NCBI GenBank assembly: GCA_902596545.1
Contig: CACJUH010000003.1
Coordinates: 45,790 to 109,789 of the forward strand
Length of the DNA: 64,000 bases
Source of the DNA: an uncultured Candidatus Actinomarina sp.
Lineage (GTDB): Bacteria; Actinomycetota; Acidimicrobiia; Actinomarinales; Actinomarinaceae
Reading direction: 5' to 3'
Numbering within the stretch: the stretch's first letter is position 1; each line of letters starts with the position of its first letter. Of the stretch, positions 37,277 to 47,068 are shown in pieces. A program made the position numbers and the translations under genes. Below the pieces are notes generated by a model, which worked only from the letters and a program-made list of their open reading frames with translations, had not been told where the DNA came from and made no database searches.

Positions 37277-38331
37277 TAGAATTACCAACATTTGTTGACT
37301 TGCATACACATACTAGATATCCAGATAATAGTAACTTTCCTAGTCAAGACATAGAAAGAGCTGCATTAAACGGTGGTTATAGTGAAATTTTAGCAATGGC
37401 AAATTCTGAAATACCAATTGATTCAGTTGAAAATTTAAAATTAGCTAGAGAAATCGACCAAAATTTAAACATCAAAGTTCATAGAGTTGCATCTTTGACA
37501 GAAAATCTTGAAGGTAAAAAGCTAATAAACTTTAGTGAATTTATTAACGAAGGTATAAGAATATTTTCTGATGATGGAAAATCACTTGTAGACGATCAAT
37601 TAGCCCATATAGCATTTAAAACAATTGCAGAACTTGATGGAGCAGTATTTCAGCATTGTGAAAAGAATTGTCATACAAATCCAGGTGATATCGCACCTCC
37701 AAATTTCTCTAATGAATTAATTACTATTGAAGAAGAAGAAGAAACTGAAATTTTAGAGAGAGATTTAACTCTAGTAGAGAAATACAAAACTAGATATCAT
37801 GCACAACATCTCTCATCAAAAAAAAGTGTTGAACTTATTAAAAAGGCAAAAGATAAAGGTCTACCCGTTACAGCAGAAGTAACACCTCATCATTTAATGA
37901 GCAACAATGAAAAAATTCATACATCAGATGGTGAGTATAAAATGTATCCTCCAATTAGAGCTGAGGATGATAGACAAGCATTGATTATGGGTCTGAAAAC
38001 TGGAGTAATTGACATAATTGCAACTGATCATGCTCCCCATCCACAGGAAACTAAAACATTGAGTTTTAAGAATTCAGCTAGAGGTGTTGTTGGACTAGAG
38101 TCAGCTTTTGCAGTTTTGTATTCTTCAAATATTTTTACCTTAGAGGAGTTAATAGCATTTATGTCTACAAAGCCAAAAGAAATACTGCATGAACTTGGCT
38201 ATGACATTTCTGAAAATTCATACTGCAATTGGTTAGAGGGTGAAGACATATTTGTTACTAGGTCAATTTATAAAAATTCTTTATTTGAAAATTCAAAAGT
38301 AAAGATACAGAAAGATATTACCCATGTATAA
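37273..38331 (+). CDS. pyrC: Dihydroorotase
   Basis: N-terminal DLHTHTR metal-binding motif and a later DHAPH. In operon context. Confidence 0.7.
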   Translation: MIELPTFVDLHTHTRYPDNSNFPSQDIERAALNGGYSEILAMANSEIPIDSVENLKLAREIDQNLNIKVHRVASLTENLEGKKLINFSEFINEGIRIFSDDGKSLVDDQLAHIAFKTIAELDGAVFQHCEKNCHTNPGDIAPPNFSNELITIEEEEETEILERDLTLVEKYKTRYHAQHLSSKKSVELIKKAKDKGLPVTAEVTPHHLMSNNEKIHTSDGEYKMYPPIRAEDDRQALIMGLKTGVIDIIATDHAPHPQETKTLSFKNSARGVVGLESAFAVLYSSNIFTLEELIAFMSTKPKEILHELGYDISENSYCNWLEGEDIFVTRSIYKNSLFENSKVKIQKDITHV

Positions 38332-39424
38332 CAAAACTCTTCTCATTAATGAAAATGGAGATGAATTTACAGGTTGGTCAATTGACAGTTTTAATCCTGC
38401 AACTGGTGAACTGATATTTAATACTGCAATGACTGGCTTTGTTGAAATACTCAGTGATCCATCATATATTAACCAAATCCTGACTTTTACATCATCACAT
38501 GTTGGTAATTATGGTATCTCCAGCAAAGATTATGAATCAAATAAACCTAGAGTTGAAGCAGTAATAGGAAACTCTTTTACAAGTACACCATCTTCTTGGA
38601 GGTCTGAAAATTCAATTACTTCTTGGCTAAAAGAATATGAAATCCCCTTTAGTGGAGGATTCGATGTTAGATCAATTACAAAACATTTAAGAGACAACGG
38701 TTCTAGTATGTATGCGGTTGGGCAAAATATAGATAAAAAATCATTATTAAATTTACTTGAGAACGCAAAAAATATTATTGGTGATGATTCTGCATTAACC
38801 GCAGGGAGTTTGGAAACTAAGGATTCCAATACTGATGGAAAAGTTGGAATCATTGACCTTGGAGCTAAACAAAGCATAGTCAGTGTCTTGAATGATCTAA
38901 ATTTTGAAACCATTGCAATCGCACCAAATACTTCCTCAAAACAAATTCTTTCAATGAATCTCAGGGGAATTTTGATATCAAATGGACCAGGAGATCCTAG
39001 ATCTCTTAAAAATGTTATTGAAACTGTCGGTGAATTAATTGGAAAAATTCCAATTTTCGGGATATGTTTGGGACATCAAATTCTAAGCCTTGCATGTGGA
39101 CTTAAAGTAAAAAAACTTGATTTTGGGCATCATGGTTCCAACCATCCTGTAGAAATATCAGGCATTAAAAAAGCATTAATAACAGCACAAAATCATGGAT
39201 TTGCCGTAGAGAATTTTGACTCAAATTACAAGCACGATAAATATGGGAGGGTTGAAGTCTTCGCAAAAAATTTGAATGATGGTAGTAATGAGGGAATTAG
39301 CATATGGGATTCTATGGCTTATTCTGTTCAGTTTCATCCTGAATCAGGACCAGGTACTTCAGATGGTTTACAAATATTTGATCCGTTTGTTGAATTAATG
39401 GAAAAAAATTATGCCAAAAAATAA
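38324..39424 (+). CDS. carA: Carbamoyl-phosphate synthase small (glutaminase) subunit
   Basis: GICLGHQIL class I GATase catalytic Cys and the His region (HHGSNHPV). Confidence 0.85.
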   Translation: MYNKTLLINENGDEFTGWSIDSFNPATGELIFNTAMTGFVEILSDPSYINQILTFTSSHVGNYGISSKDYESNKPRVEAVIGNSFTSTPSSWRSENSITSWLKEYEIPFSGGFDVRSITKHLRDNGSSMYAVGQNIDKKSLLNLLENAKNIIGDDSALTAGSLETKDSNTDGKVGIIDLGAKQSIVSVLNDLNFETIAIAPNTSSKQILSMNLRGILISNGPGDPRSLKNVIETVGELIGKIPIFGICLGHQILSLACGLKVKKLDFGHHGSNHPVEISGIKKALITAQNHGFAVENFDSNYKHDKYGRVEVFAKNLNDGSNEGISIWDSMAYSVQFHPESGPGTSDGLQIFDPFVELMEKNYAKK

Positions 39425-42400
39425 AAATATTAAAAGTATATTAATAATAGGATCAGGTCCAATTGTCATTGGACAAGCCTGTGAGTTTGATTATTCAGGT
39501 TCGCAAGCTGCTAAATCTCTAAAAAACGAAGGGTACAGAGTTATATTAGTCAATTCAAATCCAGCAACTATAATGACTGATCCGGAAATGGCAGACGCAA
39601 CATATATAGAACCACTGACTCCAGAATTTTTAAAAAGAATAATAGAGATTGAAAAACCTGATGCAGTATTACCAACGTTAGGCGGTCAAACTGCATTAAA
39701 TTTATCAATTGAATTAGAAAAAGACAATGTATTCAAAGAAAATAGCATACTACTTTTAGGCGCTTCGGCTGAATCTATAGAAATAGCTGAAAATAGGTGG
39801 AAATTTAAAAGCGCTATGGAAAATGTAGGCATAAGTACTTTAAAAGCTGAATATGTTAAAACTTTAGAAGACGGAATCAAAGCAAGCAGTCATATAGGAT
39901 TTCCTCTTATGCTGAGACCATCTTTCATACTAGGTGGTGGTGGTACAAGTTTGGTAAAAAATAAAGACGAACTCGAACAAAAACTGCAAGAAGCATTTAA
40001 CGCATCACCAACTCAAGAGGTATTAATAGAGGAATCAGTATATGGCTGGAAAGAGTATGAGTTAGAGGTAATGAGAGATAGTGATGGAAATGGTGTAATA
40101 GTCTGTGGAATCGAAAATTTTGATCCAATGGGTATACATACTGGAGACTCAATAACTGTTGCTCCAATTCAAACTTTGTCAGACAAAGAGTATCAGAAAA
40201 TGCGAGATGAGGCTTTGCTTTGTTTGGATACAATTGGTATAGCTACTGGTGGAAGTAATGTTCAATTTGCAGTTAATCCTAAAAATGGTGATAGAAGAAT
40301 TATTGAGATGAACCCAAGAGTTTCACGATCTTCAGCCTTAGCTTCTAAAGCAACCGGTTTTCCAATAGCAAAATTTGCGGCCTTGTTAGCTGTTGGATAT
40401 AACCTTACTGAATTAAAAAATGATATTACAGGAACAACTCCTGCTAGTTTTGAACCTGTTCAAGATTATGTGGTTGTCAAAATACCTAGATTCGATTTTC
40501 CAAAATTTCCTTCTACAGATGATATTTTAGGCACTTCTATGCAAAGTGTAGGTGAGGTAATGTCTATAGCATCAACATTTACCGAGAGTTTAACCAAAGC
40601 AATAAGGTCTCTTGAAATAGGTAAGACTGGAATAAGAAACATAGATAATCGATTTATAAATTTAGATAAAGATCTACTTCAAAAAGAAATAAGTATTCCT
40701 AGACCTAGAAGAATATTTGCAATTTTTGAAGCAATCAGAAGGAATTGGCCAATTGAAGATATATCTGAATTGTCAAAAATTGACTTGTGGTTTTTAAGAG
40801 AAATAGAAAAAAGCTTCAATGTTAATCCTGAATCAACACCATCATCAATACTTAAAATGTTAGGTTGGACCGATGAGGACCTAGACAATAAAGAATCGAA
40901 GAAAGAATTAGAGAATAATCGAGTGTATAAGTTAGTAGATACATGTTCTGCTGAGTTTGTATCAAAAACGCCTTATCTTTATTCAACTAATGGGATTTCA
41001 CATGATGATTTAACTAGTGCACAAAAAAAAGTTGTAGTGATTGGTTCAGGACCAAACAGAATTGGGCAAGGAATAGAATTTGATTACTGCTGCGTACACG
41101 GAGTAAGTTCATTAAAAGAAAATGGTTATGAAGCAATCATGATTAATTCAAATCCTGAGACTGTTTCTACTGATTATGATACCGCAGACAAACTATATTT
41201 TGAACCACTTGCATGGAATGAAGTAAAAGCAGTCCTCAATAGAGAAAAACCTGATTCAGTAATTATTCAGCTAGGAGGACAAACTCCTCTTAAACTTGCC
41301 AAAAATATTCATGACGCTGGATTTAGCATTGCAGGGTCTTCATTAGAAGTTATAGATTCTACAGAAGATAGAGACTTATTTCAAAAGCTGTGTTCAAAGC
41401 AAAACATCAAACAACCTTTATCAAGAATTGCAAACAGTGAAGTTGAATTGGTGGATTCAGTTAACCACATTGGGTTTCCAGTTCTTTTAAGACCAAGCTA
41501 TGTTCTTGGTGGGAGAGCTATGAGAGTAGTACAGAACAATGATGAACTTAATAATTATCTAGATATATTGGCAAGTGCAGATGAAGATGGTAATCCATTT
41601 AAATCCGGACCCTTGTTGGTTGATCAATTTTTAACTGACACAATAGAAATTGACGTTGATTTAATTTCAGATGGAGAAGAGGTTTTTATTGCTGGAATTT
41701 TAGAACACCTTGAACCAGCTGGTGTACATAGTGGAGACTCAACTGCAGTAATTCCTCCGTTTAGTATTGATAAAACAATGATTGAAGAAATTAAAAATAA
41801 AAGTATTAAGTTAGCGCTTGGTTTAAATGTAATAGGATTACTAAATATTCAATTCGCCATTCAAAATAATGAGCTATTTATTCTTGAAGCTAATCCGCGT
41901 GCATCCAGAACAATGCCATTTGTAGCTAAAGTAACAGGAAATCAAATAATAAAAGCTGGAACATTATTAATGCTTGGTCACTCATTAGAGGATATTAAAG
42001 CGAAGACAAAATATTTAAACAGTACAACAGAAAAAATTGCGGTGAAGAAAGCTATTTTCCCATGGTCTAGATTTCCAGCTGAAGATACAATGCTGGGACC
42101 AGAAATGAAAGCTACAGGTGAAGTTCTAGGTATAGGAAATGATTTTGGAACTGCACTAAACAAAGCTTATGCTGCGGCTGGAGTAAGTATTGGTGAGAAA
42201 GAAAAAGGTGTTTTTGTAACATTAAGTGACAATGAAAAACCAAATTTTGTAGAAATAGTTAAACGTTATGTTGAATTAGGATTTTCGATTTACACTACTG
42301 AAGGTACAGGTAAATACTTAAAAATAAAGGGTGTTGATTCTATAAATGTAGGAAGAGCCAATGATAAATCCCCTACATCATTAACTATTATCGAAGAAAA

Positions 42401-42593
42401 ATTAATATCTTTAGTCATTAATACTCCAACGTATGCGAATGAATACACTGACGGATGGAAAATTAGAAGACTTTCGCACGATTCAGGAGTCGCAGTAGTA
42501 TCTTCAGTTAGAGAAGCAGAAGCATTTTTAGAGGCATTTTTACTTCAGGAGAAAGTTTTAGAGGATATGGAGGCTATACAAAATGTCAGTTAA
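39411..42593 (+). CDS. carB: Carbamoyl-phosphate synthase large subunit
   Basis: 1060 aa with duplicated ATP-grasp halves (ILIIGSGPIVIGQACEFDYSG and VVVIGSGPNRIGQGIEFDYC) and a C-terminal MGS-like domain. Confidence 0.9.
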   Translation: MPKNKNIKSILIIGSGPIVIGQACEFDYSGSQAAKSLKNEGYRVILVNSNPATIMTDPEMADATYIEPLTPEFLKRIIEIEKPDAVLPTLGGQTALNLSIELEKDNVFKENSILLLGASAESIEIAENRWKFKSAMENVGISTLKAEYVKTLEDGIKASSHIGFPLMLRPSFILGGGGTSLVKNKDELEQKLQEAFNASPTQEVLIEESVYGWKEYELEVMRDSDGNGVIVCGIENFDPMGIHTGDSITVAPIQTLSDKEYQKMRDEALLCLDTIGIATGGSNVQFAVNPKNGDRRIIEMNPRVSRSSALASKATGFPIAKFAALLAVGYNLTELKNDITGTTPASFEPVQDYVVVKIPRFDFPKFPSTDDILGTSMQSVGEVMSIASTFTESLTKAIRSLEIGKTGIRNIDNRFINLDKDLLQKEISIPRPRRIFAIFEAIRRNWPIEDISELSKIDLWFLREIEKSFNVNPESTPSSILKMLGWTDEDLDNKESKKELENNRVYKLVDTCSAEFVSKTPYLYSTNGISHDDLTSAQKKVVVIGSGPNRIGQGIEFDYCCVHGVSSLKENGYEAIMINSNPETVSTDYDTADKLYFEPLAWNEVKAVLNREKPDSVIIQLGGQTPLKLAKNIHDAGFSIAGSSLEVIDSTEDRDLFQKLCSKQNIKQPLSRIANSEVELVDSVNHIGFPVLLRPSYVLGGRAMRVVQNNDELNNYLDILASADEDGNPFKSGPLLVDQFLTDTIEIDVDLISDGEEVFIAGILEHLEPAGVHSGDSTAVIPPFSIDKTMIEEIKNKSIKLALGLNVIGLLNIQFAIQNNELFILEANPRASRTMPFVAKVTGNQIIKAGTLLMLGHSLEDIKAKTKYLNSTTEKIAVKKAIFPWSRFPAEDTMLGPEMKATGEVLGIGNDFGTALNKAYAAAGVSIGEKEKGVFVTLSDNEKPNFVEIVKRYVELGFSIYTTEGTGKYLKIKGVDSINVGRANDKSPTSLTIIEEKLISLVINTPTYANEYTDGWKIRRLSHDSGVAVVSSVREAEAFLEAFLLQEKVLEDMEAIQNVS

Positions 42594-43221
42594 ACCAATA
42601 TTCTTTGCATTAGATGGACCTAATCTTAACGAATTTGAATTTATGTTAAAAAAATTAGAGGGTCATATTTTTGGAGTAAAAGTTGGTCTTGAAATGTTTA
42701 TCTCTGAGGGGCCAAAAGTAGTTGAAAAGTTGAAAAAAGATGGATGGACTGTTTTTCTTGATCTTAAACTTCATGATATTCCCAACACAGTAAGAAAAGC
42801 CACAAAAAGTGCTAATAATCTGGGAGCAGATTTTTTAACTATACACATTGCGTCGGGTAAAGATGCTTTACAAGAAGCTTATTCAAGCAAAAATGATTCT
42901 TTAAAAATTTTAGGAGTTAGTCAAGCACTTACAAGCTCAACAATGGATGCAAAAATGAGTAAGGGTGTATCTGAAGATTTTCTTTTGGCTAAGCAATGTA
43001 GTGTTGACGGTGTTATTTGTCCTCCAAGTGAAATAGAGAGAACTAAAAATCTTTATGATTTAATCGTTACACCAGGAATCAGATTAAACAACGATACCAA
43101 AGATGATCAAAAAAATACTACAACTCCAGAAAATGCAATACTTGCAGGAGCAAAATATATAGTTATGGGAAGATCCATAATAAATAATTTGGATTTTGTA
43201 ATGAATGAATTAGATATATGA
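42583..43221 (+). CDS. pyrF: Orotidine 5'-phosphate decarboxylase
   Basis: DLKLHDIPNTV (DxKxxDIP) motif and 212 aa length. Confidence 0.8.
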   Translation: MSVKPIFFALDGPNLNEFEFMLKKLEGHIFGVKVGLEMFISEGPKVVEKLKKDGWTVFLDLKLHDIPNTVRKATKSANNLGADFLTIHIASGKDALQEAYSSKNDSLKILGVSQALTSSTMDAKMSKGVSEDFLLAKQCSVDGVICPPSEIERTKNLYDLIVTPGIRLNNDTKDDQKNTTTPENAILAGAKYIVMGRSIINNLDFVMNELDI

Positions 43222-43895
43222 AAAAATTTATAGCTGCACCTTTTGGAAATTATATAAAAACAAAAAATACAATTTCCGTATCAGGTAGCTGGACTATTGA
43301 AAAAAGAACAGGGCGAATAATACAAATAGCGAAATCTCTGCGCTACACCAAAAGAGGCTGGGTAAATAAAATTGGCCTAAGAAATCCTGGCTTAAATATT
43401 GGACTTGTCAAACACAAAGAAGATGAAGTATTTTCAATCGCAGGTATTGAAAGAAACGACTGGAGAATTTTTGCGGAAAAATTGCCAGAAAATTTTAATA
43501 TTGAAGTCAATATGTCATGTCCAAACATTGATGAACATTACGTAGATGGTATTGAAAAATTTAATCCGGATAGTCGAGATTGGTTCATTGGAAAAATTTC
43601 ACCACTTACAACTTTTATTGAGCTCGAAAATTACATTACTAAATTTAACTTTAAACAAATTCATGCTTGTAACACTCTGCCCGTTGAGAAAGGTGGTCTA
43701 AGTGGAAAAGAACTTATTCCTTATACTGAAAAGTTTATTAAACACATAAAACATCATTTTCCTCAAGTTGAAGTAATTGCTGGCGGAGGAATAGATTCCT
43801 TAGAAGATATTCAAAACTATGCAAATATTGGAGCCGATCATGTAAGTCTTGGAACTGTATGTTTTAATCCGCTAAAATTGAGAAAGTTAATATGA
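43218..43895 (+). CDS. pyrD: Dihydroorotate dehydrogenase-like, unusually short (225 aa)
   Basis: GLRNPG, NMSCPN and a C-terminal IAGGGIDSLEDIQNYANIGADHVSLGT all match DHOD motifs. The protein is about 80 aa shorter than typical DHODs. Confidence 0.6.
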   Translation: MKKFIAAPFGNYIKTKNTISVSGSWTIEKRTGRIIQIAKSLRYTKRGWVNKIGLRNPGLNIGLVKHKEDEVFSIAGIERNDWRIFAEKLPENFNIEVNMSCPNIDEHYVDGIEKFNPDSRDWFIGKISPLTTFIELENYITKFNFKQIHACNTLPVEKGGLSGKELIPYTEKFIKHIKHHFPQVEVIAGGGIDSLEDIQNYANIGADHVSLGTVCFNPLKLRKLI

Positions 43896-44248
43896 ACTTA
43901 TTTATAAAAGAAGACTTTATCTCACATGCGGGACTTCCATTAACTTGGAAGGTAGAATGTGATGCTTTAACCGAAAAAGATTATGCAGCTTTGGCAAAAA
44001 TTGTAAGCGAAAAACTTACTTTTTGTGATGTTAAAGGTATTCCTAGAGGGGGAATTCCCTTTGAAAAAGCTTTAAAAAAATACTGTACATACAATAAATC
44101 AGATCCTTTGCTTATATGTGATGATGTCTATACTACTGGAACTTCAATGAGAGAAGTTTACGAAGAAGGCGCAATCGGAGTAGTTGTATTTGCAAGAAAT
44201 GAAATTAATGATGATTGGATAAAAGCTATTTGGCAAATGGCAATCTAG
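43892..44248 (+). CDS. pyrE: Small type I phosphoribosyltransferase, putative minimal orotate PRTase
   Basis: PRPP-binding motif LLICDDVYTTGTS. It sits at the pyrE position of the operon, but at 118 aa it is far shorter than canonical OPRTase (~180-210 aa). Confidence 0.45.
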   Translation: MNLFIKEDFISHAGLPLTWKVECDALTEKDYAALAKIVSEKLTFCDVKGIPRGGIPFEKALKKYCTYNKSDPLLICDDVYTTGTSMREVYEEGAIGVVVFARNEINDDWIKAIWQMAI

Positions 44249-44682
44249 TTTTCTAATTTGCCAACTCTACGAATATATCTTTCTTCTTCAAGCATATAAG
44301 TATTCAAAAACTTTAGAACGATACTCAATGCATTTTCTTTCGAAACATTATTAGATCCCAAGCACAATACGTTGACATTATTATGCTCAACACTTTGAAT
44401 AGCGGTTAATTCATCTACAACATTAGCAGCCCTGATTCCCTTGATTTTATTTGCTGCAATTGACATACCAACACCGCTACCACAAATTAATAGACCTCTA
44501 TAAGAAGAACTGTTTTCATTTATAAAATTGCATAATTCTTGTGCGAAATCAGGAAAATCACAACTATTTTCGTTATCAGTTCCAAAATCTTTTATATTAA
44601 TATCAGAATCTAATTGGTTTATTAGGAATGTTTTCAAATTGTATCCAGCGTGATCCGAAGCGATTGCGAGATTTTGAATCAT
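44245..44682 (-). CDS. rpiB: Ribose-5-phosphate isomerase B
   Basis: IASDHAGYNLK...LLICGSGVGMSIAANKIKGIRAA...HNNVNVLCLG are RpiB/LacAB motifs. Confidence 0.8.
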   Translation of the reverse strand: MIQNLAIASDHAGYNLKTFLINQLDSDINIKDFGTDNENSCDFPDFAQELCNFINENSSSYRGLLICGSGVGMSIAANKIKGIRAANVVDELTAIQSVEHNNVNVLCLGSNNVSKENALSIVLKFLNTYMLEEERYIRRVGKLEN

Positions 44683-46049
44683 TAAATAAGTTTTTCTATA
44701 TCTAATAGATTGTCTATTTCATCGCTAGAAAAAAGATTGCTATCTAAAAGAACTTCTTTTATTGTTTTGTTTGAACTCATAGCTTCTTTTGCTATTTCGG
44801 CAGCTTTATCATATCCAAGTTGAGGTACTAACGCAGTAACTAATATAGAATTTCTTTGAATATTTTCCTGTAACTTGTCAGTATTAGCCTCAAGATTTTT
44901 AATTAATTTATCATTAAAAACATCAGTACTACTTGAAAGAATTGAAATGCTCTCTAATAAATTATGCGCCATTACTGGCAACATTGTATTCAGTTCAAAA
45001 TTGCCATTAGCAGAGGAAAATGTAATAGTATTATCATTGCCTATAACCTGAGCTGAAACTTGCATCATCATTTCTGATATAACTGGATTTACTTTTCCTG
45101 GCATAATTGAAGAACCTGGTTGTAGTGCGGGCAGTTTTAATTCATTTAGTCCAGAAACAGGACCGCTTCCCATCCATCTAATGTCATTTGCTATTTTAAA
45201 CATTGAAACTGCATATGCTTTCAAGCAACCTGAGAGATGTACAATTTCTTCACGAGAACCTTGGCGAGTAAAATGATTTTCAATTTCTTGAAATGAAATT
45301 TCTAAAGATTTAGAAATTTCGCTACAAACATCACTTCCAAAGTTTTCAGGTGCATTTATTCCAGTTCCGACTGCAGTTCCACCAATTGCTAATTTTGAGA
45401 CATTTACTAATGAATTTTCTATATCTGTTTTCCTCTCTTTAATTAAAGCTGCATAACCACTAAATTCTTGACCTAGAGTTACAGGGGTAGCGTCCATTAA
45501 GTGTGTTCTACCATTCTTATATACTTTCTCCCACAGTTTTCCTTTTTCTTCAAATGAGATAATTAACTTATCAATCGCTGGGATCAAATTTTCTTTAATT
45601 TCTACCACAGCGGCAATATTTGTGGCCGTAGGAATAACATCGTTTGATGATTGACTCATATTTACATGATCATTAGGATGAATTTCTTTATTTAACTCTT
45701 GTGAAGCAAGTGCAGCAATCACCTCATTGGCGTTCATGTTAGTTGAGGTTCCCGAACCTGTTTGAAATATGTCTAAAACAAAATCGTCATCATTAACTCC
45801 ATCTATTACTTTTTGAGAGGAATTGATAATTGCTTCTGCTATTTCCTGATTTAACAAATTGTGATTTAAATTAACATAAGCACAAGCTTTCTTAATTTCT
45901 CCAAGTGCTCTAATGAATGATCTAGTAAATTTTAAATTGGATATTGGAAAGTTTTCAACAGCTCTTGCAGTTGATGCACCGTAATTTGCGTCTATCGGAA
46001 CCTGGAACTCTCCCATGGAGTCTTTTTCAGTTCTAAATTCTTTTGTCAT
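44682..46049 (-). CDS. fumC: Class II fumarate hydratase / aspartase-fumarase superfamily (probably fumC)
   Basis: GSSIMPGKVNP signature and N-terminal EKDSMGEFQVP. The sequence alone does not firmly distinguish fumarase from aspartase. Confidence 0.65.
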   Translation of the reverse strand: MTKEFRTEKDSMGEFQVPIDANYGASTARAVENFPISNLKFTRSFIRALGEIKKACAYVNLNHNLLNQEIAEAIINSSQKVIDGVNDDDFVLDIFQTGSGTSTNMNANEVIAALASQELNKEIHPNDHVNMSQSSNDVIPTATNIAAVVEIKENLIPAIDKLIISFEEKGKLWEKVYKNGRTHLMDATPVTLGQEFSGYAALIKERKTDIENSLVNVSKLAIGGTAVGTGINAPENFGSDVCSEISKSLEISFQEIENHFTRQGSREEIVHLSGCLKAYAVSMFKIANDIRWMGSGPVSGLNELKLPALQPGSSIMPGKVNPVISEMMMQVSAQVIGNDNTITFSSANGNFELNTMLPVMAHNLLESISILSSSTDVFNDKLIKNLEANTDKLQENIQRNSILVTALVPQLGYDKAAEIAKEAMSSNKTIKEVLLDSNLFSSDEIDNLLDIEKLI

Positions 46050-46056
46050 TTATGCC

Positions 46057-46752
46057 CTAATACTGAGTATATCCACCAGAATCGACTTCTTCAATGAGTT
46101 CTTTTGATCCTGACTTTGCAATATTCCCATTTACAACTACATGTACTTTATCTACTTCGAGATATTTAAGTATTCTACTGTAATGGGTAACGATTAAATA
46201 AGAGGTTTCAGAATCTCTGTTTTTATTTATTAGCTCTGCAACAGTTTTGATTGCGTCGATATCTAATCCTGAGTCTATTTCATCTAGCAGTGCTATATTC
46301 GGTTTACTTAAAGCAAGTTGAAAAAGTTCACATCGCTTTTTTTCACCACCAGATAAATCAACATTAACTTCTCTATTTAAAAATTCTTCAACATTAAATT
46401 TATTAGCTATTTCCAAGATTTCTTCCTTAGTAAGTTCGGGATTAATGTTTTGAGAAAACTCTAATAGTGTAACCCCTGGGAGTCCTACTGGATACTGAAA
46501 TGATTGAAAAACTCCAGAATCATATCTTTCATTCTGTTTCATTTTTGATATATCATTGCCATTTACTTCGATCACTCCTTCATGTGTAAAGTTTGCGTTA
46601 CCCATAACTACATGGCAAAGAGTTGATTTACCAGATCCATTTGGACCCATAATTGCATGGAGCTCCCCTGGTTTTATTGATAAATCTATACCTGTTAGTA
46701 TTTCAACATCACCTACTGAAGCTTTAAGATTTTTTATATTAAGCATCTTCAT
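46057..46752 (-). CDS. sufC: Fe-S cluster assembly ATPase SufC
   Basis: Walker A GPNGSGKST, LSGGEKKR, and a position just after sufB-sufD. Confidence 0.85.
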   Translation of the reverse strand: MKMLNIKNLKASVGDVEILTGIDLSIKPGELHAIMGPNGSGKSTLCHVVMGNANFTHEGVIEVNGNDISKMKQNERYDSGVFQSFQYPVGLPGVTLLEFSQNINPELTKEEILEIANKFNVEEFLNREVNVDLSGGEKKRCELFQLALSKPNIALLDEIDSGLDIDAIKTVAELINKNRDSETSYLIVTHYSRILKYLEVDKVHVVVNGNIAKSGSKELIEEVDSGGYTQY

Positions 46753-47068
46753 TCATTTCTATGTACAAATGACCATCCTCAACATAAACAGGATATGTTT
46801 TAACAGGTTTAGTTGCAGGTAATGTTACGGCTTCTCCTGTATTTAGGTCAAACTCTGCCCCATGAAGTGGGCACTCAACTTTACAGTCGTAGACTTCTCC
46901 TTCTGACAAACTAGCTTCTGCATGAGAACAGAGGTCATCAATTGCATAAAAGTTACCTTCACAATTAAATAAAGCTATTTCTTTGTCATCGATTTTGAAA
47001 ACTTTTGAAGCATTTTGCATTATATCTTTTGTATTAAAAGTTTTTACTCTAACCATTTTTTCTTCCAA
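46739..47068 (-). CDS. Rieske [2Fe-2S] domain protein embedded in the suf operon
   Basis: CSHAEASL (CxH) and CPLHGAEF (CxxH) Rieske ligand boxes. 109 aa. Confidence 0.7.
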   Translation of the reverse strand: MEEKMVRVKTFNTKDIMQNASKVFKIDDKEIALFNCEGNFYAIDDLCSHAEASLSEGEVYDCKVECPLHGAEFDLNTGEAVTLPATKPVKTYPVYVEDGHLYIEMNEDA

